Part shown: in pieces, positions 27,404-36,017 of the stretch
How positions within the stretch are numbered: position 1 is the stretch's first letter
Layout: each line of letters opens with the position of its first letter
Sequence record: MT682711.1
Direction: 5' to 3' (one strand)
From: Escherichia phage vB_EcoM_FB
DNA length: 64,000 bases
Position numbers and translations under genes: made by a program
Notes under the pieces: generated by a model
What the model saw: only the letters and a program-made list of their open reading frames with translations
What the model was told of the DNA's origin: nothing
Database searches by the model: none

Positions 27404-27927
27404 TGCATTCCTATCACAAAGAACAGAGGCAAAGGCTTGTCGCCTTGGCACATAAATTTATTAATCATTACCTGGTAAGCTTCATAGAACTTATCCATCG
27501 CTGGAAGGCGCATTGGCTCTTCGATAATAATCAATAATCGAGTAACAGATAGTCCACGATACTTATGGAAATTGTCTTCATCAAGGAAACTGCGCACAGT
27601 ATCATAGACAACAAAACCAGGACCTTCGACTTGGAGATGTGGGTGTGCCTTAGAAACCTGTTTTATTACATTACAAATTTCTCGCGAGCGATGCGAAGAA
27701 CTCGACATAACAATCACATCATTACCCTTGGAAACCCAATCAGCGGCGAACTGGGCAAGGGCACTTGTTTTACCTGTTTGGCGTCCGCCATCAAGTCGAA
27801 GAGTACCAAACTCTTGCATTCTTGAAGCAGGTTCATACCATGTGTATTGGTCTGAGTCTAAACGTTCAATGGCGCGTTCAGCGAAGGCGTGCATTAAGGT
27901 TAGATAAATGGGAGTTAAAAATTTCAT
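27400..27927 (-). CDS. P-loop NTPase-like protein
   Basis: Walker A-like GGRQTGKTSA. Confidence 0.45.
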   Translation of the reverse strand: MKFLTPIYLTLMHAFAERAIERLDSDQYTWYEPASRMQEFGTLRLDGGRQTGKTSALAQFAADWVSKGNDVIVMSSSSHRSREICNVIKQVSKAHPHLQVEGPGFVVYDTVRSFLDEDNFHKYRGLSVTRLLIIIEEPMRLPAMDKFYEAYQVMINKFMCQGDKPLPLFFVIGMQ

Positions 27928-28087
27928 AGTAGTCTCTTAGTGGTGGGGCCATTCCTTGGCACATAATTCGTCCATGTATCCGTATGTAAACCCTTTACCG
28001 CACTTGGGCTCGACCTTATTACAGGTAGGGAAAGGTCCATCACTCAGAGGACGCGACGTTCATGAGGAGAGGGCCGGCTTGCCTTTA

Positions 28088-28387
28088 TTAGAAAGAACCA
28101 GAACCTCTAATTGTGTTCTGGCGACCTTTATTTTCTAATTCGGAGTGGTCGATTTCATATGCTTGTGCTACGCCAAAGGCCTTTTTAACTTTAGCTAAAG
28201 AACCTTTAGATGTAACAATATTAAAAGTATTACCTTTGGTAAAATCAACAAAATCGACTTGTACGCCCTGTTTACCGAGGCTTGCTACAATAGCATCAAC
28301 ATATTCTTGGTCTAAATTGCCTTGAACTCCAATTTGAAATGCTTTAGGAGCTTTGGCTTCTGTGATAAATTCTTGATAAGTTTTCAT
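28088..28387 (-). CDS. internal head protein (IPII-like) with capsid-targeting leader
   Basis: N-terminus MKTYQEFITEA matches T4 internal-protein leader; 99 aa. Confidence 0.6.
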   Translation of the reverse strand: MKTYQEFITEAKAPKAFQIGVQGNLDQEYVDAIVASLGKQGVQVDFVDFTKGNTFNIVTSKGSLAKVKKAFGVAQAYEIDHSELENKGRQNTIRGSGSF

Positions 28388-28430
28388 TGTTATTCCTTAA
28401 GTTGATAGAAGTATTCTATCACGGATTTAA

Positions 28431-28847
28431 TTAAGCGTAAATAGCCTTGCCATAATGTTTGTACCAGGTAGGACGCTGTGCAATTTTTTCATCCAAACGG
28501 GTCTGAGATATAGCAATAGAAGCTTCGTGTGGAGTATAGTCACCACGGAATTCCTGAGGAATGTCACTAATGTCCTGGACAGTAGTATCCTTGATATTAA
28601 AACCACGTTTTAAACATTCGGCTATAAGCTCAATTTGTCGCTTACGTAAAAATTCAAGCTTATCGTAAAAGAATGTAACATGGCCTGTGCCAAGGATAAA
28701 AGTAGGACTGATTTTGAAATCACGGACACGTTTACCATTAGCAACATGCTTACGAACTGCACCGAAAACACGTGGTAATTCACGATATTCAGCCATTAAG
28801 TGTTGGTCAGCCAATTCAGATACTAAGGTAAGGTTGATACGAGTCAT
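28431..28847 (-). CDS. denV: endonuclease V (pyrimidine-dimer DNA glycosylase) DenV
   Basis: 138 aa, [31 protein letters not shown].. almost identical to T4 endonuclease V as recalled. Confidence 0.9.
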   Translation of the reverse strand: MTRINLTLVSELADQHLMAEYRELPRVFGAVRKHVANGKRVRDFKISPTFILGTGHVTFFYDKLEFLRKRQIELIAECLKRGFNIKDTTVQDISDIPQEFRGDYTPHEASIAISQTRLDEKIAQRPTWYKHYGKAIYA

Positions 28848-28863
28848 TTTTAATCTCCTGTAG

Positions 28864-28903
28864 TTGATAGGTCTATAGTATCATGACTACAGGAGATGTA
28901 AAC
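28864..28903 (-). promoter_or_regulatory. early promoter-hairpin cassette (PeSL-like)
   Basis: TTGATAGGTCTATAGTATCA..TGTAAAC; inverted repeat CTCCTGTAG/CTACAGGAG. Confidence 0.5.
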
Positions 28904-28927
28904 AACTTTTATCAAGTATAGGCTTTA

Positions 28928-29524
28928 TTAATTACCACGGGCTGCATTAGCAACGGCGTAAGCGTACTGAATATTAGCGTCTTTAAACGTACCTTTAGAG
29001 GTATCTATCTCTGCCTTAAAGCCGCCTTTAACCATAACATCAGCAAATTCTTTACGGAAAGTCATTGCATCAAGACCTTTCCATGCGGATTTATGCTTGG
29101 CAAATTCAAGACCGGCGAAGTTAACTGCTTTAGCCAATTTATTATCAATAGTCCATTTACCTGCTTTAGGTACAAACACCGGGCCTTTCTGTTTAGAGAA
29201 CAGTTTTAAATTCCAGCGACGAAGGTCACCGTCAGCTTTAACAAAAGCTGCGTCCAAGTTACTAGCAACAACATCTTGGATATGGGCAAATTTAAGTCCA
29301 TCAGCTTCAATATTTAGGTCGTTACGCCAGCGAAGTCCTTCCCAGGCGAAAGCTTTAAAGTCGGAAGCTTTTGTAGCCAAGTACCGTTCAATAGGAGCTG
29401 TTTTAGCGTCAAAACCGTTTCCTGGGTTGTCAACGCCGTTTCCTTTGTAAGTCCACTCATCTTTATTAATGCCTTGGACCTTTCCTACAGAAGCTTCGGC
29501 GATAAATTCTTTATACGTTTTCAT
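28928..29524 (-). CDS. internal head protein (IPIII-like) with capsid-targeting leader
   Basis: N-terminus MKTYKEFIAEA; 198 aa. Confidence 0.6.
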   Translation of the reverse strand: MKTYKEFIAEASVGKVQGINKDEWTYKGNGVDNPGNGFDAKTAPIERYLATKASDFKAFAWEGLRWRNDLNIEADGLKFAHIQDVVASNLDAAFVKADGDLRRWNLKLFSKQKGPVFVPKAGKWTIDNKLAKAVNFAGLEFAKHKSAWKGLDAMTFRKEFADVMVKGGFKAEIDTSKGTFKDANIQYAYAVANAARGN

Positions 29525-29562
29525 ACGGGTTCCTTAAAGGTAAATATTTTAATTGGTCTGTT

Positions 29563-29606
29563 CAAGTAACTGTAGATATACTATCACAATTCTAGGAGAT
29601 GTAAAC
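29563..29606 (-). promoter_or_regulatory. early promoter candidate, divergent cassette
   Basis: TGTAAAC present but core replaced by ..GTAGATATACTATCA.. Confidence 0.35.
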
Positions 29607-30005
29607 TTATTTATGGGTCTTCATCCAATTCTTGAACAAAGCCGCGACGTCTTTCTCTTTAACGTTCAGTTTAATGTCCAACATTTTACCACCCGCTGCT
29701 CTGGTTTGGCGAATCTTAGCAGTACCGGTTTCGCCATTCCACTCAACATAATACTGTCCAGTGTTCATTGCAATACCATCACCGTAGTCTTCATTTTTAG
29801 AAGTGGTGAATGCTAGCTTCATAGTCTTAGATACACGAGCCTGCATGCCTGTCTGAAGGGCATTACGAACGCGAATAACCTGAGGAGTGGCCTGGGTCAA
29901 GTTCTCATTCAGTTCTTCAGTGAACTCTTCAGATTCAAACATCGCCAAAAGTTCTTTAGATGCAGGAATTACATTCTCTGCGATAAATTCATTATAAGTT
30001 TTCAT
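29607..30005 (-). CDS. additional internal-protein-like gene with capsid-targeting leader
   Basis: N-terminus [11 protein letters not shown]; 132 aa. Confidence 0.55.
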   Translation of the reverse strand: MKTYNEFIAENVIPASKELLAMFESEEFTEELNENLTQATPQVIRVRNALQTGMQARVSKTMKLAFTTSKNEDYGDGIAMNTGQYYVEWNGETGTAKIRQTRAAGGKMLDIKLNVKEKDVAALFKNWMKTHK

Positions 30006-30486
30006 ATGCTTTCCAAGTACCTGTTTTAAATGTTGAAATCACGCGCTTAGCACGATTAGGAGTTTGTTTATACCAACGGGATTGAGCCAGGTTAACTGCC
30101 GCATCGTTCCAACGTTTCTGTTGGAGCATACGTAAAGAGTTAGTGAACCCTGCTACGCCTGCTTCACCCATTTGGAAGACCATGTTAATTAAAGCACAAC
30201 GACGAACTTCGTCCAGTACATCATAAACAGGTTTCAATTTAGGATTACGCAGAATAGCTCTACGAGCATTTTCAACCGATCGATTAAAGAGTTGCTCGGC
30301 TTCAGCCATAGTAATACGACCATTACAAACTCGACCCATAAGCTTATCAAGTTCAGCGCGAGCAACGTCTTTAGATGGGTTCTTGGTAATCAACTGACCA
30401 ATGCCAATAGTCCAATAACCTTCGGTGTCTTTATAAAGATTTAAATCAAGACCTTCGTCTTGACGTAACATATCAAAAATATCCAT
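29992..30486 (-). CDS. e: lysozyme e (endolysin)
   Basis: 164 aa; Glu11, Asp20, Thr26 conserved; [31 protein letters not shown] as in T4 lysozyme. Confidence 0.9.
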   Translation of the reverse strand: MDIFDMLRQDEGLDLNLYKDTEGYWTIGIGQLITKNPSKDVARAELDKLMGRVCNGRITMAEAEQLFNRSVENARRAILRNPKLKPVYDVLDEVRRCALINMVFQMGEAGVAGFTNSLRMLQQKRWNDAAVNLAQSRWYKQTPNRAKRVISTFKTGTWKAYENL

Positions 30487-30489
30487 AAT

Positions 30490-30515
30490 ACCTCCGAGTA
30501 TAGGAGGTATTTATA
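30490..30515 (-). promoter_or_regulatory. late promoter TATAAATA plus SD-sequestering hairpin for gene e
   Basis: Minus strand TATAAATA at 30515..30508, then ACCTCC-loop-GGAGGT hairpin whose downstream arm is the SD. Confidence 0.6.
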
Positions 30516-30965
30516 TCAAAAGAGCGAACTCAAAACTTTATACATCGACGGGCCCATGACATATTCCCATTGCGGACGTTTAATCAAAGCGAACGCATCG
30601 AATTCAGGAATCGTACGGCCGTCAGGGAACGTATGGTAAGCTGTACATTTGCAATCCTTGAACTGCTCGTGTTCCACAGGCACTGTATATAAGAACAGAT
30701 GTAGATTCTTATTGCTTGAATATTTGAACTCACCTAGGTCTTTCAGGAATGCAGGATCGTATGCTGTGAATCCAATCTCTTCTTCGGTTTCGCGCATTGC
30801 CGCTTGAATAGGCTCTTCGCCTGGTTCGACATGACCTTTAGGAATGTCCCATTTATGACGCATGTTCTCTGGATTACGAGAGCCTGTTACACGACCCATG
30901 ACCAGTTCTTTATCAACGGTCATGAACAAAATACCTGCCGATAATTCCTTAGCTTTCTTACCCAT
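30516..30965 (-). CDS. nudE: Nudix hydrolase NudE
   Basis: Nudix box GHVEPGEEPIQAAMRETEEEIG; start at ATG 30965. Confidence 0.75.
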   Translation of the reverse strand: MGKKAKELSAGILFMTVDKELVMGRVTGSRNPENMRHKWDIPKGHVEPGEEPIQAAMRETEEEIGFTAYDPAFLKDLGEFKYSSNKNLHLFLYTVPVEHEQFKDCKCTAYHTFPDGRTIPEFDAFALIKRPQWEYVMGPSMYKVLSSLF

Positions 30966-31194
30966 CGTCTCGTTCCCATGATTGTTTAAAAATATCTTGC
31001 ATAATAATTTGAAGTCTATTTTCTGATGATGGACTTTCACTATCAGACACTTGAAGCATATAGTCACCAATAGGACAGAACATATCCATATCGCTTTCTA
31101 AGTCTTCTTTAATTTTCTCTTCTGATGTTCCAGTATCATAGGAATACAGATAAGAATCACATGACTCAGATTTAATATAAATTGCAATGCTCAT
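30958..31194 (-). CDS. hypothetical acidic protein
   Basis: 78-codon ATG ORF. Confidence 0.4.
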   Translation of the reverse strand: MSIAIYIKSESCDSYLYSYDTGTSEEKIKEDLESDMDMFCPIGDYMLQVSDSESPSSENRLQIIMQDIFKQSWERDDG

Positions 31195-31778
31195 TTACGG
31201 CATTCCTTAATAAAAGAGTTTAATGTATTTTTCTTAGTGATATCGTCATATACCTTTTTAACTTTAGAAATACGAAAAGGTACTTCGATAACAGAGGTCC
31301 ATAAAAATGATGCGATAAGACCTAAGATAGCAGCAGACATCGCTGAAGCGAATACACAAATAGGCAGGTCATTATCTGTTGGCAGGAAAAACCCTAGGAG
31401 TGGGAAAAATAATATACCCATCCAAACATAGAATCTAGAACTCACCAATTTGTCGTATTCATCACTCCAGGCACGGAAGCCGTATTTTTTGCTATAACAA
31501 ATCAATGGGTCTGGAGTCTGTTCTTTATGTGGTTCCGCTTGCCAGCCGTTTACGATGTAGCCCATTTTATATTCCTCAATTAAAAGCTGTTTCATTTCGG
31601 CAGTACAACCTGACCAATCTATTGTACTGGCTGAAAGACCTTCATCACCATCATCAAGATTTCGCCAGGACTTTTTAATAACCATATTTTCACCGCTTGG
31701 TACAATGATTCCGGCGTTTTCAGAACGACGGATGAAGTTTACATCGAGGCCCATACATCCGGGTTCATAAAGGGCCAT
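31191..31778 (-). CDS. membrane protein
   Basis: C-terminal half has two hydrophobic helices; ends ..FIKECRK. Confidence 0.5.
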   Translation of the reverse strand: MALYEPGCMGLDVNFIRRSENAGIIVPSGENMVIKKSWRNLDDGDEGLSASTIDWSGCTAEMKQLLIEEYKMGYIVNGWQAEPHKEQTPDPLICYSKKYGFRAWSDEYDKLVSSRFYVWMGILFFPLLGFFLPTDNDLPICVFASAMSAAILGLIASFLWTSVIEVPFRISKVKKVYDDITKKNTLNSFIKECRK

Positions 31779-32464
31779 TACCAGCCCTCCATAGGGAATT
31801 CAAGATAAACCTGAGCATTAACACGAATTTCATTGGTAATATTTTTAACACGGTCAGTGTTACGAGATACACGACCAAACCATCGCCATCCATTACTTAC
31901 CGTACGAGAACCAGTATGCCAGGTTTGCCAATCAAACTGCAAGAGCGTACGGTCCGGGGCTTCCCACTGCTTCAATTCACCTGATTCAATTTTAGCCAAG
32001 ACTTCTTTGTGCCATTGTCGATAAATCAATTCACCTTCCGGGATTTCACTAAAGGTAGCTTCACCGGTAGCAAAATGGGTAGGACACACATCAGCGTTAA
32101 CAAGACCAAGAATGTGTTCAGACAAATAGCGAGGATTGTCATAATCGGGTTGTCCTGCAGTAATAAAATGTTGACCTGTTGGAATAGGTGGACGAGGAAC
32201 ATCGTCGTGGTGATAACCTGGGATAGCCGGATACCAACCAGGCATCAACATATGCACACGCGAATCAAACACTACTTGGTCATTGTTCCAATCATCAGGC
32301 AAGTTCATAATAAAAGAGCGCGTAATAGGGCCACCATTATTATAAGCAAATTCTAAACTACAGTTGAAGAACATCGGTTCGTTCTTGATTTTATCATTAG
32401 AAATACCGCCGGCAAAACCACCTACTACACGAGCTTGACTATTAAAAGTTTTAGGACCGTTCAT
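31778..32464 (-). CDS. hypothetical protein (228 aa)
   Basis: Start at ATG 32464 with GAGGAA upstream. Confidence 0.5.
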   Translation of the reverse strand: MNGPKTFNSQARVVGGFAGGISNDKIKNEPMFFNCSLEFAYNNGGPITRSFIMNLPDDWNNDQVVFDSRVHMLMPGWYPAIPGYHHDDVPRPPIPTGQHFITAGQPDYDNPRYLSEHILGLVNADVCPTHFATGEATFSEIPEGELIYRQWHKEVLAKIESGELKQWEAPDRTLLQFDWQTWHTGSRTVSNGWRWFGRVSRNTDRVKNITNEIRVNAQVYLEFPMEGW

Positions 32465-32477
32465 AATATTTTCCTCA

Positions 32478-32690
32478 TTACTTTTTATTGAAAAAGTACA
32501 TTTTACCTTTAGGAGATAAAGATACACGAAGCGCGTTACCGATACCAACTGAACACTTAACCAAGTCAGCAGATTTCAATTCACCAAATGCTTGACGAAG
32601 GTCTGCATCACGGGTATTAACCATCAGACATTTAGCACCAGCTGCACGAACTTCGTTTAACATGTTGATTGCTTGATTAGAAAGTTTCAT
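32478..32690 (-). CDS. hypothetical small protein
   Basis: Start at ATG 32690 with GGAG upstream; longer track ORF would run through the promoter. Confidence 0.4.
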   Translation of the reverse strand: MKLSNQAINMLNEVRAAGAKCLMVNTRDADLRQAFGELKSADLVKCSVGIGNALRVSLSPKGKMYFFNKK

Positions 32691-32716
32691 TTTATTCTCC
32701 ATTTCACTCTGTTGTT

Positions 32717-32756
32717 TTGATAGGTCTATAGTATCACACCTATAGACCTTGTACAC
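32717..32756 (-). promoter_or_regulatory. early promoter-hairpin cassette (PeSL-like), -35 variant TGTACAC
   Basis: TTGATAGGTCTATAGTATCACACCTATAGACC; inverted repeat GGTCTATAG/CTATAGACC. Confidence 0.45.
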
Positions 32757-32768
32757 TGTTTTATGCAA

Positions 32769-33728
32769 TTATTTTTCGAAAGGACGAATTAAATGATGAT
32801 TGTCTTGGAATCGCTTGATGTAATCATTTTCACCCAGAGATTTATACATATTCACTACGGCTTGATAGTTTTCCCACGCGTATTCGCGGAACCATCCGGA
32901 AGTGATAGAGGTGCACACTTTCTCAAGAGCCATATAAAAACTTAACGACGGTGAAATATTGAAGTCGTTAGGAACCTGTGAACGTTCTAGGGCCAGGACA
33001 CAAGTTTCTTCGTATACGCCAGCCAGTTTAATAGCTTCAGGCAAAGCTTCAAACTTCTCACGAGAGGTCATGACTTCAGACCCATCTTTCATATAAAAGG
33101 TATATGCAGGGCGTCCAGCCAATGCCACAGCTTCATGGATAGAGTCGTGGTCCAGAGTATAAATTGTGTCATTAAAGAATGAAGATTTGTTAACGTCCAG
33201 TTTAGGATGAGAATAGCTCAACGTTTCTTTCTGACGTTGCAGCATGATTTCCTGGAGCTCTTCGTTCAGGGTTACACCTTTATTACGAAGGTATTTGATG
33301 TGGGACATAGTTTTCAAGAAGAACGGATTATTCTTCAGGAAACGATGAGAGGTTTTAATAGCCAGACAGATATCAGGAGTAGCCCAATAGAAACCTGTCA
33401 TACGATCTTTCTTAATATGATTTTCAGCATATTTCAGAAGACGATAACTTGAGGTGAAGTCTTCGTCTTGAAGCTCACCAGTGATTTCTCGTACGTTAGT
33501 CAAAGCGCGAACGATATAAGCTTCAAAATAGGTTTCTTTACCGTTGTGCATACATTTGAAAGCCTGGACATCAGGGTTGTCTACGTGTACATGGGCACCA
33601 AACATCTGTGCTTTAAAATTATTCCATGACCCCTGGTCGGCAATGAAATCCCAATCAGAATTTTCGATATACTTACTTTCAATAAGACCTGCGTTATGTA
33701 ATGCACGAGAACCGATAACTAGCATCAT
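32769..33728 (-). CDS. hypothetical protein (319 aa)
   Basis: Long ATG ORF, no motif recognised. Confidence 0.55.
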   Translation of the reverse strand: MMLVIGSRALHNAGLIESKYIENSDWDFIADQGSWNNFKAQMFGAHVHVDNPDVQAFKCMHNGKETYFEAYIVRALTNVREITGELQDEDFTSSYRLLKYAENHIKKDRMTGFYWATPDICLAIKTSHRFLKNNPFFLKTMSHIKYLRNKGVTLNEELQEIMLQRQKETLSYSHPKLDVNKSSFFNDTIYTLDHDSIHEAVALAGRPAYTFYMKDGSEVMTSREKFEALPEAIKLAGVYEETCVLALERSQVPNDFNISPSLSFYMALEKVCTSITSGWFREYAWENYQAVVNMYKSLGENDYIKRFQDNHHLIRPFEK

Positions 33729-33749
33729 ATTATTTTCCTCAGAATTAAA

Positions 33750-33986
33750 TTAAATGTCCCAGCGGGCGCTATCATATTCATCCCATAGAGCTTCATGGGA
33801 GTTACAAACGATAGGAGCAATGACTCCGTTAATATCTTCGTTGTAAGGGCAGATAGTACAAAATGCATCTTCGAAACGAACACCGTAATCAGACTTCTTA
33901 TACGCAATGTCAAAAATCTTTTTAAACTTTTCACGAGTAATGGTTTTAGCAACAACTTCAGTACCAATACTTTCGTAATAAATCAT
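33750..33986 (-). CDS. hypothetical protein
   Basis: 78-codon ATG ORF preferred over overlapping low-complexity frame. Confidence 0.4.
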   Translation of the reverse strand: MIYYESIGTEVVAKTITREKFKKIFDIAYKKSDYGVRFEDAFCTICPYNEDINGVIAPIVCNSHEALWDEYDSARWDI

Positions 33987-33996
33987 GGTTATCTCC

Positions 33997-34197
33997 TCAG
34001 ATAGGACCGTAAAGGTATGTCCAACGTTTAACGAAAGAAACTACTTCTTCCAAGGTATCGAAGACCTCTGTAGTGCCTGGAACGCCATCGCCACTGATGG
34101 TTACTTTAATGCCATCTGAAACTTCCTGGAGGTTAATCTCCAGTTGGTTGGCTTTGGCTTCGTTCAGAACTTTGATTAATTCGTTTGCGATAGACAT
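33997..34197 (-). CDS. hypothetical acidic protein
   Basis: 66-codon ATG ORF. Confidence 0.4.
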   Translation of the reverse strand: MSIANELIKVLNEAKANQLEINLQEVSDGIKVTISGDGVPGTTEVFDTLEEVVSFVKRWTYLYGPI

Positions 34198-34261
34198 TTT
34201 TATTCTCCTGTTCTGATAACGTGATTGTCATCAGTTGATAAGAGAATAGTACCACAGTTTT

Positions 34262-34591
34262 CTAGAGTTGTACATCACTTCTGCAATATTCTAAAAATAA
34301 TTTATTGTTGTCAACTGTATCCCAACGTCGCCAAGATGGATTCCAGACCAAAGCGTTGTCACCACAATCATTGAGCTTAAAATGGTCATAGTACATAGCT
34401 ATATGTCTAGTCTCGTCACCAGAGAACCCTAGTATAGGCTCGCCGTGGGTGTGATACATATGATGGTGCATTGAGAGGTCGCATTTATAAAACATTTCAC
34501 GTTTACCGCGAATGAACAAGAATGCTTGTCCGTTCATATAAAATTCTTTATCTGTTTTTAAAAGATATTTGAATACTGAATCTTTGTGCAT
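34262..34591 (-). CDS. hypothetical protein
   Basis: 109-codon ATG ORF, His-rich stretch. Confidence 0.45.
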   Translation of the reverse strand: MHKDSVFKYLLKTDKEFYMNGQAFLFIRGKREMFYKCDLSMHHHMYHTHGEPILGFSGDETRHIAMYYDHFKLNDCGDNALVWNPSWRRWDTVDNNKLFLEYCRSDVQL

Positions 34592-34628
34592 AAGTCCTCC
34601 TTCACATCCGTGTGATTATTATATCCTA

Positions 34629-34853
34629 TTAACAGCTACTTGGATACCAGATTTTACCATCAGCTTGAGCAACGAAGGTACGACCAGCTTCTTCACCATA
34701 ACAAGAGCTATTCAGCCAATCTTCGAGACGAACTTCGCCGTCATAATCATCTAGCTCAACACCAAAATCCTGAGCAGAAGCCATATCTTTTACTTTCTTA
34801 TACAGTGCAGCCAGTTCAAGAGCAGCTTTTTCTAATTCATTAATATCAGACAT
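34629..34853 (-). CDS. small acidic protein, paralog family member 1 (C-terminal ..WYPSSC)
   Basis: Start at ATG 34853 with AAGGAA upstream; C-terminal W-x-SS-C. Confidence 0.45.
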   Translation of the reverse strand: MSDINELEKAALELAALYKKVKDMASAQDFGVELDDYDGEVRLEDWLNSSCYGEEAGRTFVAQADGKIWYPSSC

Positions 34854-34863
34854 TTTTATTTCC

Positions 34864-35076
34864 TTAGCAAGACATAGAAGAAGTAAACCAGAAACCATCG
34901 CCATCTGGGATACCGTAATCATCACGGACCCATTCGTAATCATCATATTCCGGATTCTTTGGAGAAATGTATTGTCCACGACCGGAAACATGGAACTCTT
35001 CACCTGTTTCGTCAGCCACGGACTGGCCTTTACGTACTAATTCGTGGATTTGTTTTTCAATTTCATCAATAGTCAT
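34864..35076 (-). CDS. small acidic protein, paralog family member 2 (C-terminal ..WFTSSMSC)
   Basis: 70 aa; shares C-terminal motif with three neighbours. Confidence 0.45.
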   Translation of the reverse strand: MTIDEIEKQIHELVRKGQSVADETGEEFHVSGRGQYISPKNPEYDDYEWVRDDYGIPDGDGFWFTSSMSC

Positions 35077-35085
35077 TTTATTACC

Positions 35086-35367
35086 TTAACATTCAGAAGA
35101 AGAGGACACCCATCCACCTTTTTCAAGGTCTGTGGTGTAGTCGTGGGTGTTAACGATAGCGTATTGAGGCTCACCGTATTCTTCCCAGTGGGCAAGGTCA
35201 GCTTTCAAGGCGCCAGGAGAATAATAGTCACCGCCCATACCGCGAGCAGGGTATATATTAAAATGAGTCTCATATTTGTTTGCAATTTCCTCGGCGTGGC
35301 GAATAGCCTTATGGATGTCATTTACTGCGTTGGCCAGTTCTTTATTTTTACTGTAATCATTCATCAT
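35086..35367 (-). CDS. small acidic protein, paralog family member 3 (C-terminal ..WVSSSSEC)
   Basis: 93 aa; shared C-terminal motif. Confidence 0.45.
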   Translation of the reverse strand: MMNDYSKNKELANAVNDIHKAIRHAEEIANKYETHFNIYPARGMGGDYYSPGALKADLAHWEEYGEPQYAIVNTHDYTTDLEKGGWVSSSSEC

Positions 35368-35376
35368 AACGTTTCC

Positions 35377-35667
35377 TTAGCACAATGCCGAAGAGGAGAC
35401 CCAAGCACCAACTGTAACGACGCCGTTTTCAACTTCACCGCCGTTGTTTTCAATTTCATCTTTAAACCACTGGGAGCATTCATAGCCGATAGGGTAATAT
35501 GTACGACCTGAACCATAATCGCCCGTACCGAATTGAATACCATACTTATCAGCAATTACTTCACATTCATGTTCGATGGTATCCACTTTATTCAGAAGAG
35601 CATAGATAGCTTTTTCTGCAGATTTCTCGTCGTTGTGTTCTGGGATTTCAATTTCAATTTTATTCAT
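35377..35667 (-). CDS. small acidic protein, paralog family member 4 (C-terminal ..WVSSSALC)
   Basis: 96 aa; shared C-terminal motif. Confidence 0.45.
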   Translation of the reverse strand: MNKIEIEIPEHNDEKSAEKAIYALLNKVDTIEHECEVIADKYGIQFGTGDYGSGRTYYPIGYECSQWFKDEIENNGGEVENGVVTVGAWVSSSALC

Positions 35668-36017
35668 GATTTACATTCCTTAATAAAGGTTTCAAGGTCA
35701 TTACATTTGGTTTGTTTTACATACTCATTATACTTAGCCATAGCTAAAGCATAACTCTTTTTACGTGGCTTGTTTAATTTATTAGTTTGGACAACATCAA
35801 AGACTAATGGGATAAAGTATCCTACTAAAGATGGAACCCAAATCCACGCAAGACTCATATCTTCAAACGGATGACGAGGCATACCATTAATAATCCCGCC
35901 AACAAGGAATCCTATTATTCCTGCAATCATACTAGTAGCAATGCCGAGGAATAAGGAAATAGAGATATCGTAATCTTCTAATGCATAACCTGGATCGGTT
36001 TTACTAGGCTTATACAT
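35664..36017 (-). CDS. membrane protein
   Basis: Two hydrophobic helices; start at ATG 36017 with AAAGAGG upstream; ends ..FIKECKS. Confidence 0.45.
   Translation of the reverse strand: MYKPSKTDPGYALEDYDISISLFLGIATSMIAGIIGFLVGGIINGMPRHPFEDMSLAWIWVPSLVGYFIPLVFDVVQTNKLNKPRKKSYALAMAKYNEYVKQTKCNDLETFIKECKS

Noticed and set aside
28098-28121. CCAGAAC...GTTCTGG hairpin as a terminator
   Set aside because: It lies inside the 3-prime coding end of the IPII-like gene and has no U-tract in the minus-strand orientation.
33725-33967. Alternative 80-codon frame overlapping 33750..33986
   Set aside because: Leu/Lys-rich low-complexity translation; the other frame looks more protein-like.
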